A program made the translations under genes and the position numbers. A DNA stretch of 64,000 nt from Lama glama (lineage: Eukaryota): NCBI GenBank assembly GCA_028534125.1, contig CM052816.1:17176001-17240000 (forward strand), in the 5' to 3' direction. Positions 1-9,165 of the stretch are shown one piece after another; position 1 is the first letter of the stretch; each line of letters begins with the position of its first letter. Below the pieces are notes generated by a model. That model was given only the letters and a program-made list of their open reading frames with translations, did not search any database and was not told the origin of the DNA.

Positions 1-88
1 TAATTAGTCACCAGGTCAGATAGAACTAGAGAATATTCTTCTTGGCTCAGAGGTGAATTTGAGCAGGGCGATCCTGAGGAATAATTAC

Positions 89-208
89 CTGGGGAAACAG
101 AGAGTCTTGCTGTGGAGACTGCAGTCCCAGCCTCATTTTCTGCAATACACTTAAATTCCCCAGAGTCTTCAGGAAATGCTTCTGTGATAATCAAGGTACA
201 GACTTCCT
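89..208 (-). CDS. MYOT: Internal coding exon (120 nt, phase 1-1), C-terminal half of an Ig I-set domain: EEVCTLIITEAFPEDSGEFKCIAENEAGTAVSTARLSVSP; putative upstream myotilin exon
   Basis: Acceptor tcccctttccag|AG at 209/208 and donor CCAG|gtaatt at 89/88. The frame is open and carries the D-x-G-x-F-x-C Ig motif. It closely resembles palladin Ig2 ([38 protein letters not shown], recalled). The MYOT assignment rests on synteny with NPY6R. Too short for the ORF track. Confidence 0.85.
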
Positions 209-1020
209 CTGGAAAGGGGAGAGATTCAACTTGACCAGAGTACTTGAATGCCCCATATTAACAAACAAACAGTGTGGGAGGATGTCAGGGAGAGTAGGCA
301 CTAGGAATAAATAGGGTATTCCTGAGATTTAAAAAAAAAAATCCATCTGATTAGATTTTTGTCATTGAGTGGGCTCATGAAGATAAATCTTAAAAATACA
401 ACCTAAAACAATCCCAGCATGGTGCCTATCACCTGCTTCTTAGGCACATCTGTCTTCTCTACTTGGCTATGAGTTTCTTGAAAGCAGGGATTATACTTTA
501 TTCCTCGGCTTGCATATTTCTGTAAGCTTGAGGGGTTAGCACAAAGGACCATAGAAAGATTTTTCTGAACTGACCTAAAAATTATCATTGCCATGGTAAT
601 TAGACCTAATGTTAGTACAATGATGGCCACTGTGTGATGGGCAGAACACCTACATTCAGTGTGGATGTTTGATGTCAGGACACTTCCTTACTGCCTCTGT
701 GTATAGCTCACAAGGCACCAATAATACACCAAGTGGAATTAGAGGAAGAACGCATGCCCTGAGGGCAGAGGCTTCTCAGGGCCAAGAATGGAATGTGGCC
801 GTACCCTGTCTATAGTAAATACATGTTGAATGAATGAATGAATGAACAAATACACTGATAAATTCCAATTATCTTGCTGCTTCTGTTGTGTCAGTTAAAG
901 AGTTGGCATAAGGTAGCCTCAAAACTCCTCCTGAAGGCAAAAGTAATGTAGGAGACAAAGTCTTCTAATGCTATATTTGATTTAATTATTATTATCAAGA
1001 TGCTGAAAAATTGTGCTTAC

Positions 1021-1044
1021 CAGGAATGGGTGATAAACAAGCTT
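1021..1044 (-). CDS. MYOT: 24-nt coding micro-exon (phase 1-1), (K)ACLSPIP(E), inside the Ig domain
   Basis: Long polypyrimidine acceptor ctctattctcttcttttatctttcag| and consensus donor CTG|gtaagc. It preserves the frame and sits where palladin has the short KPRSTAEP insert. Confidence 0.8.
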
Positions 1045-2324
1045 CTGAAAGATAAAAGAAGAGAATAGAGAGAGAATTTAAATGATGACAATTTAGTTGG
1101 GAGAAGCGACCATGTATATATGAGAAATAACTTGAAGCAAATACAATGTTGACTGTAATTTTGAGTCAGATGATAAATTCTGTAGAAACTCAGAAAAGGT
1201 GCATAATAGAATGAACGCTTGGCAGGGTGCTAGAAAAACTGTGTTTCAGTTCTGTTCTACCATTAAATTGCTCTGTGATTTTGTAAAAATTACTTCTCTG
1301 GGCCTTAGTTCTTCATGTCTAACACGAAGGTAAGACTATATAACATCTCTTCTCTGAGTGAGAACTGTTGCTGAAACACTAATCCTAAGGAGGTCTCTTT
1401 CTCCTGAGAAAATCCTTCTCTTTTAATCTAATTAAAATTGAATATTACATTATAAAAATACTATAGAATTGCTGTAAAAAAATACACAAAAGGTTAATAG
1501 TCTTCTCTGGGTGGTGAGAATATTAGTAATTTTATATTTATTCTTTTTTATAATATATTTTTCTAGATTTATTATAATAAATTTATATTCCTTTAGTTTC
1601 AGAAAATACAAGTAATGTAATTTTGAAAGCAAATTCATATTGTGTAATAGATATTTCTTCCTAAATGTGATGATGTGGAAATGTTCAGTTGTTTTGAATT
1701 AATATTTAAGTGGATATATTTTCTTTGCTTGGTGTAAGAACTATCTTGGTCTTGAACCTAGGCTGCAGTGTTTATTAGCTTTGTGACCTTTGGCAAGGTG
1801 AAATTTCTAATTTCAGTTTGCTTGCTTATAAAATGGAATTGATAACACATACCTCAAAATATTGATGTGAGGATGAAAAATTGTTTATATTTAAACTCAG
1901 TGTTTAGCATGAGGTAGGTCATCATACTTGTTACCCTTTTCCAAATTAATTATTTGGTAGGAAGCTGATACAACAAAGTATTTAGAAAGTTATGCATCAG
2001 TTTCATTTGTTTTACTCTTTGAAAAATATGCTTATTCTCACATTTTTCTTGTTTGTATGCCAAGAACTCATTAGGAAGATAATTAAGATTAATCTATGAA
2101 AATAATCTGGTCTTTTTACAGCTATTAAAACTATTCATCAAAACAAAACAGCTTTTTTTCTTTTTTGGTTGTTTATGTTGAGGAATCATTTAGATTTGAA
2201 ATAACAATTGTTTCACAGTAGAAATTTCTGAACCTGTAACAAATCAGCTATTAAACATTAAAACATGAATTAGATTTCGGGGTTATTCAGAGTGAAAAGT
2301 AAATTGAAAAGCTTATCACTGTAC

Positions 2325-2466
2325 TTTTCCTCAGAATTCGGAAGTCGTCTGAGTCTGCTATCTGCTCCTTCTCTCTATACCAGTGAACTTGAACTGTGGC
2401 TGTGGCCTGGACTCGACATTCAAACACGACAAACTGCCCTCTGGTTGTAGAGATGTCTTGAAGGTG
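2325..2466 (-). CDS. MYOT: Internal coding exon (142 nt, phase 0-1), N-terminal half of the Ig I-set domain: HLQDISTTRGQFVVFECRVQATATVQVHWYREKEQIADSDDFRILRK
   Basis: Lies within ORF 2287..2490(-). Acceptor gtttgttcttcag| at 2467/2466, donor AAA|gtacag at 2325/2324. Has the Ig B-strand Cys and C-strand Trp and resembles palladin ELQNTAVAEGQVVVLECRVRGAPPLQVQWFRQGSEIQDSPDFRILQK (recalled). Confidence 0.85.
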
Positions 2467-4068
2467 CTGAAGAACAAACACAGAATTCACAGAATGGAAG
2501 AAACTGTTTCACCATATACAGCGGTTTGGGATGCCAGTTGCAGGTAAGTGTGCATGCATTTTCATAGTAAGTACTGATAACCGACTATACTTTAAAACAA
2601 GGAGCTTGCTGAGCATCTTTTGTGCTTTATAGTGTACATAAGTATATAACTTTACAGTTAGGTATAAGTTATTTTCATCTTAATTTCATGGAGTTATTTA
2701 GTGAGAAAGTTGTTATTTCCCCAGGAGCCATTTTTCACAATAGAAAACAGATTAGTTGGAAAGTCTTCACTTTGTTGTATTATTTTATTGAATACCTCAT
2801 AGTCACAGATTTAATCTTTATTGTTGGTCAAGTAGCATGGGCAGTATTGTAATTTAAGAATTCCGAATCATGACTTAGAGGACTTGGGCCAAAATCTCAG
2901 CTCTGACATTAGCTGGTTAAAACCTGTCATAGGAACTTGGAAGACTCTTATACTTTGTGGAACTCAAGTTCTTTGTCTGTGCAATAGGGCTAGCAAAATG
3001 TTCAGTGTACTTGAGGGTTTGAAGGTCATGTCAGAGAAGTAATCTGGAGACTTTCTTTTAAAAATGAAGAGTTATATCGATATATAAAAAGTATTTATTA
3101 ACAATAGCTAGTGTAGTCTCATAATGCATACATGAATGGGTGGCATTTGTGGTAAATTTACCCCTTAAATCCTATTCTCCCTCCTCTCCTATTCCCAGCT
3201 CCAGGGTCCTCTAGAATGTAGAGTTAAATTTCAGATTGTAACTTGGTCCTCAGACCAGAGAGGGTCTGAGGTCCTTCTGTCAGATGAGACCTAGTTAGGA
3301 CTTAATGACCACCAGCCCAGCCTTTGAGCCTGATGCCCAGTCAGGGCTGCATATCATGGGAAAAGGAATGCAGCAAGAGAGGAGACATGGAGATAATAGA
3401 CGCATGTGCTTCATAGCATCTGCTGAAAGTGAGCTTCCAGAATTGATAGTCTTAATCTTAATGACATTGTTTCCTGTGCCTCCCATCCTGTATCTGGTAT
3501 AGTTTAAGACCCTGCCCTGCTTTTCATACCTTGGACTAGCAATGAGCAATAGTTTTGGTTCTGCAAGTTTTGGAAACTGGAGGACAGAGAGCCCAGAGAA
3601 GATAACAGCCTTGGCTTGCTTTAACCAGCTGATTGAATCCTGCTATTTCCAGTGGGAAAGAGAGAAGGCTTTTCAATCCTGCTCTCTGACTGTGACCCAA
3701 GCAGGAAATAGACATGGCTTTGCTCATAGACTTCTTCAGAAGAGCATCTTACACCAGTTAAGAGAATCTGATGAATCTTGAGGTCAGGCAGAGCATAGTC
3801 TGCTTGGAAAGGATAGTCTAAGCACTGCCTTCCAGAGCTGGAGGATTGACACAAAGCAGAAGTCTAAAGAGCATAGAAAAAACCATGAGTTGCTCTGTAA
3901 AGTTGAACAATAATTTTACCCTTCTTGGGACTTGGTTTTCTCATATATAAAATAATTATAATCTCTGAGGTCCTTTTTAGTGTCCTCTTTCCTTCTTCCT
4001 ACCTCTTTGATAATGCCTAAAATTTAACTATAAAATCTAAACCCCATCATGCAATGTGGCTAGGTTAC

Positions 4069-4131
4069 CTTGGTAAATACAGGGGCTACAATGCAAGTGG
4101 ATCCTGACAGGCTGCTGCAGGGACTCTGCAT
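4069..4131 (-). CDS. MYOT: Internal coding exon (63 nt, phase 0-0): MQSPCSSLSGSTCIVAPVFTK, supplying the Ig A strand
   Basis: Acceptor ctcttctatttcttaaaccag| and donor AAG|gtaacc. Ends in APVFTK, the start of Ig2 in myopalladin (APVFTK) and palladin (PPVFTK) as recalled. Confidence 0.85.
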
Positions 4132-4808
4132 CTGGTTTAAGAAATAGAAGAGACACTATCATCCGTATTGTCAAGGCCCTGAAACCTAGGTGCATGGTGG
4201 CTGTGGACTAACTGGATCAGTTTTAGCTGCTACCACCTACACCCTAAATTTCCTTTATGAAAAGCATGATGCTCCTAATTTAAATGTCAGCTTGGATGTC
4301 TGTTCCAGTGCCACCCTTTTTCCCCTCTCCTCTAGCATTCCATCAGCTGAGCTGGTCAAATTGCACCATCTGGCTGATTACATTTGGGAAATGAATATTG
4401 GCAGTTATTTAGAGACTATGTATTAAAGGTTTAAATAACTTCTAAATTTTACTGACTAGATTTGTTCCCTCCTCCATACAGTTGTTCTTGTATCTTTAGG
4501 TTTTTGAAAAAGCATTTCCCTTTTTTTTAATTAATAAAGAATTCATTCCTTGGATAGTTGGAATTTCTATTATGAGACTGAGCTCCTAGAAACCAACTGT
4601 CCCTTATGGTCTGTCACACAGACAAATGGCCAACCCACAGAACTACCATGGAGTTATTTCTGAGACCTATGGATTTCTTTCTTCTTCTTTCTGAGGTCAT
4701 ACTGCTGGACCATGTTTACTTTTCAAGAAAGTTAACATTGATTCCTTCCTCTCTAGACCTGTGTCTTCATTACAAGAACCCCTCAGAAGGCTTTAAAACT
4801 GTACCTAC

Positions 4809-4926
4809 CCTCTGGGGGTCAATACACAGCGGCTGAACTAATGTAGAATAACTTGATCTGATATTGGAGGTTTCGTTAACAGGGGAATTGATGGTCAGAG
4901 ATACTTTAGTGGTTTTTTTCTTTATC
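4809..4926 (-). CDS. MYOT: Internal coding exon (118 nt, phase 2-0): IKKKTTKVSLTINSPVNETSNIRSSYSTLVQPLCIDPQR, palladin-like inter-Ig linker
   Basis: Lies within ORF 4770..4952(-). Acceptor ttttttttccccacag|, donor AGG|gtaggt. KKTTxVSLTI and VQPL match the palladin linker QKKTTSVSLTIG...VIQPL (recalled). In phase with the next exon. Confidence 0.8.
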
Positions 4927-5352
4927 CTGTGGGGAAAAAAAACCAAATACAATCCAGTTAAAGAGAGATTAGCAATAGCTTTGGTAGAAATGCCTCACTG
5001 TATACATTTGAATAAATGACATTTTTACCTTTAATCCTTATTTTCTTTTGATTTGCATAATAATTTTAGTTTTTGGCCAGTTATTAGTGGATTATGGCTT
5101 CTAATAGTTTTGCTTTAAATTTCCCTTGTCTTAGTCTCATAATCAGTGGGCTATTACTAAACACTTAAATTGTGCAGAAGAAATAACTTATAAAGCAAAT
5201 AATCACTTCAAAGTTTGGGAAATTGACTGGTGTATTTTTTTTTAATTCTCCCTATATTCATATGCAACAAACGCACATTCACATTTTGTACTTACTCTGA
5301 CATTTCTGTTACATATTGCAAGCATAATCCCAGAGAGAAAACGTTTTCTTAC

Positions 5353-5368
5353 TTCCCTGTGTACCTAC
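5353..5368 (-). CDS. Candidate 16-nt micro-exon (phase 1-2), xRYTGK, or a recursive splice site
   Basis: Strong acceptor tttatttttctttcttgcag| at 5369/5368 and donor GAA|gtaaga at 5353/5352. It stays in frame with the 4926 exon, but I recognise no homology. Confidence 0.4.
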
Positions 5369-5703
5369 CTGCAAGAAAGAAAAATAAATTCTATCTTAAT
5401 CTCACTGGAATTTAATGAAATTTAGTTCAAGTATATTGCATTCACGCTAGAACCAGCAAATTAATCACAAATAGCAGGTCAATCCAGAACACCTGAATTC
5501 TTGAGTAAGGATGGAACTGCTTTAATATTCTCAGTGTAAAAATTCCAGATGTTTACCTTTACAGAGCTATAGCACTTGCACCCAGAAGAGGTGCTGAGTC
5601 ACTTTCCAAAAGTATCATTTTAGAGGGCATAAATTAGTGTCTGTGAATTTGTGTTTTGATCTGAAGTCTTCAGCATATTTGTTACAATGAGAAATCCATT
5701 GAA

Positions 5704-6793
5704 CCTAGTTAAACTTAAAAGCTTTTGCATAGCAAAGGAAACCATCAACAGAACGAAAAGATGACTTACTGAATGGGAGAAAATATTTGCAAATTATCTG
5801 ACTGATAAGGGGTGAATTGCCAAAGTATATAAACAGCTGATACAATTCAGCATCAAAAAAACAAACAACTTGATTTAAAAAAGGGCAGATTTGAATAGAC
5901 ATTTTCCAAACAGTAAATATAAATGGCCAAGAGGCACATGAAAAGATGTTCAGTATCGTTAATCATCAGGGAAATGCAAATCAAAACCACAATGAGATAT
6001 CACCTCACGCCTGTCAGAATGGTTTTATCATCAAAAAGAACATAAATAACAGATGTTGGCAAAGATGTGGAGAAGGGGGAACCTGAATATGCTTTTGGTG
6101 GGAATGTAAATAGATGCATCCACTGTGGAAAACAGTATGGAGGTTTCTCAAAAAAATTAAAAATAGAATTATCATATGACCCAGAAATTCCACTCCTGGG
6201 TGTGGAAACAAAAACACTAATTAGAAAAGATACATGCATCACAGTGTTCATAACAGCATTATTTACATTTGACAACATATAAAAGCAACCTATGTGTCTA
6301 TCAACATATGAATGGGTAAAGAAGATGTGAGAGATATATATCTCAATAATATATAAAATGGAATACTACTCAGCCATAAAAAGAAGGAAATTTTCACATT
6401 TGCAACAACATGGATGGACCTGGAAGGCATTATGCTAAGTGAAATAAGTCAGACAGAAAGACAAACACTGTATAATTTCACTTATATGTGGAATCTAAAA
6501 ACTACAACAAACTAATGAATATAACCAAAAAAAAGCAGACTCACGGCTATAGAGGACAAACTAATGGTTACCAGTGTGGAGAGGGGAGCTGGGAGGGGCA
6601 GTATAGGAGTAGAGGATTATGAGATATAAACTATTATGTATAAAATAAGCTATAAGGATATATTGTACAACACAGGGAATATAGAAAATATTTTCTAATA
6701 ACTATAAATGGAGTATAACCTTTAAAATTGTGAATCACTATATTGTACACCTGTAACATATAATATTGTACATCAACTGTAACTCGATAAAAA
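5704..6793 (+). mobile_element. 5'-truncated L1 (end of ORF2 plus 3'UTR)
   Basis: Degenerate ORF2 C-terminus (LKIELSYDPEIPLLG), L1 3'UTR, A-rich end, and 14-bp TSD agaaatccattgaa at 5690-5703 and 6794-6807. Confidence 0.9.
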
Positions 6794-7728
6794 AGAAATC
6801 CATTGAAACATATTACTATGTTTACTATAAGGAGGGATGTCAGTGTTCCTATTACCTCTGTAAGAACTTTGTAAAAAAATATGTCTCAGTTCTTAGGGTT
6901 GGGAATAATTGGGCTTCTCCTGTGCTGCTAGTTTAGTTTTTCCTTATAGGTACTGTGGATCTTAATATTGGTTGTATTCCTCTCTGCGTTAGCTACTTGA
7001 AAGTCTGACATTCACTTCATAGCCAACAATTCAACAGAGATTGGAGTCAGGATCTCCTAAATTTGCAACCTGATACCCCCCCCTCATACCTATAATAATT
7101 TATTTACTTAAAGCAACATTTAGATCACATGACTCCACAAAGAATTTTTGTTGCAAGACAGAAGAGGTAGATTAGAAGATGCAGACTAGCCTGATTAACA
7201 AAATATCGTAATTTCCAGGAATAGAAATAGGTTTATGGAAATAGAATGAAATTGTAACTAATTCCAAAAAATCCAGGCTATGCAATCACTTCATACTACA
7301 GGGCTTTAATGAAAATAAAATAATTCCCACTTTAAAAAGTCTTTTACATATTTGATACCATCAATAAGACTAGATTTATCTAATCTCCTTCTAATCTCAG
7401 TATATAATCCTGTAATGCTTGGTGTCTTTTTTCAGTCTTTAAAAACTCCTTTATCATCTTGTAATTTTATAACCATTTTAAGTTTAATTTGCATTAGACT
7501 AAAATTTCAGTGATGTTAAAGATTTACTAATACTGTTTCATGTTTCATTTCTTAAGATGCATAATGGCTACAGAGTGTAAATTTTATTATTTAAACTGTG
7601 TATATATGCTATATTTACATATTTTATTTATGTATATATAAATACAATATATTTAATTTTATATATTGTGTATATAGTATTTGCTAATAAATTTGTAAGA
7701 TTAAAATAAATCCATAAACTGGAACTTC

Positions 7729-8161
7729 TTTTTTTTTTTCAGTTTTCAGTTTTATTAGGTAAAAGTGATACAGTTCGACTATACATATACAATATATTGC
7801 ATGTAAATACATATATATAGTATACCGCACTCTAAAAAATTTACGTATATATATATACTGTTCTTTGTTTCCTAAAGTTTAGAGCTTTAACTTTTTAAAA
7901 AAATTCATGTATTTATTTTATAATATACTCCTTAAATTGAAGTGTAACATACAATATTATATGTTACAGTACACAATATAGTAATTCACAATTTTTAAAG
8001 GTTATACTCCATTTATAGTTATTATAAAATGTTAGTTATATTCCTCATGTTGTACAATACATCCTTGTAGCCTTTTTTATACCTGATAATTTGCACTTCT
8101 CAATCCTCCACCTCCATCTTGCCCCTCCCTCTTCCCCCTCTCTTCCCACTGGTAACTACAA
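7729..8161 (-). mobile_element. Short L1 3' end (~7934-8160) followed by ~190 bp of extra sequence and a poly(A) tail
   Basis: L1 3'UTR similar to the end of the 5704-6793 element. Minus-strand AATAAA at 7751-7756, poly(A) at 7729-7739, near-perfect TSD tggaact(t/g)cttttttt at 7720 and 8162. Confidence 0.7.
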
Positions 8162-8939
8162 TGGAACTGCTTTTTTTTTTAAAGGGTTAGTTGGTTGTTT
8201 TTTTTATTTACAAAGAACAGATAAAATTATTCTTTGGTTGTTCAGAAGAAGTTAGCTTTAGTTCTGTGAGTGTACGAGAGCTAAAAGGATTGCAAACATG
8301 CACAGATTACCTTTTTATCCAACATTGGGCACAAAAAGAATATATATCTACAGACTCAAACCTTGATGTATTGGCTGTATTTATTTGACGTGGATCATTT
8401 TTCTAATGAAGGAAAACTTCAGAAACACTCAAACTCTTGAATTGGTAAGTACTTCTTGATGTCTCCTATGCCAAGACCCCAGAAGCAACACAAAGTTTAG
8501 AGTTAGCTGGCACAATGCAACTATATGAAAAACTCAATAGTTCAAAAGATGCATGGTAATAAAATAGGTGCCATCTTGGTAATACCATAAGACATCAGAA
8601 ACACTAATAAGACATTAACTAGTGCTGTGACATCGCTGGACAGCATATAATCACCCCACAGGCTGTTGGAATTAAATGCTATGACTTGAGAGGAGACAGG
8701 AGCTTGACTGGTCTGGGAAATCTTCCTGCCTACAGTGGAACTTCAGCTGAATTTTGAAGAATGTTAAAATTGGAAAAGATGAAGTATGTATATGTATGAG
8801 TTAGAGATGGGAATTAGGGGGTGAATAGTGGTGAGGGATGGATAGAAAAAGGAAGTAACATTTATGGAACTGTAAACTGTGTGCCAATACTGTGCTTTTC
8901 CCTTTATGTCACATGTGGGAAAAGTATTCCATAACCATT

Positions 8940-9165
8940 CAATGGTGTAGAATGCTCTGGGATCAGATTGCCTGGATTTACCATTCATTAGGTATATTAG
9001 GTTTCTCTCTAGGCCTCCGTTTCTCAATCTGTAAAATAGGCACAATAATAGTGTTTATTTCTAGGGTTGTTTTGAGGATTAAATGAGATAGCCCACAAAA
9101 GCACGTAACTCGTATTTGTGCCACATATCAGGCACTTAATAAATATTAGCTGCTATTATTATTGT
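8940..9165 (+). mobile_element. MIR SINE; one of many MIR/L2 fossils (others near 1215-1350, 1745-1930, 2835-3040, 9600-9750, 10740-10900, 14750-14970, 34400-34800)
   Basis: MIR core: ctccgtttctcaatctgtaaaatagg...gttgttttgaggattaaatgagata. Boundaries approximate. Confidence 0.75.

Noticed and set aside
2287..2490. ORF-track entry read as a stand-alone 67-aa protein
   Set aside because: The leading MNSVFVLQ and trailing STVISFSIYFSL are intronic read-through; only 2325-2466 is exon.
89..4926. Assigning the exons to PALLD or MYPN themselves
   Set aside because: The peptide is far too diverged from the recalled mammalian PALLD/MYPN sequences to be an ortholog, and the neighbour is NPY6R, which flanks MYOT.
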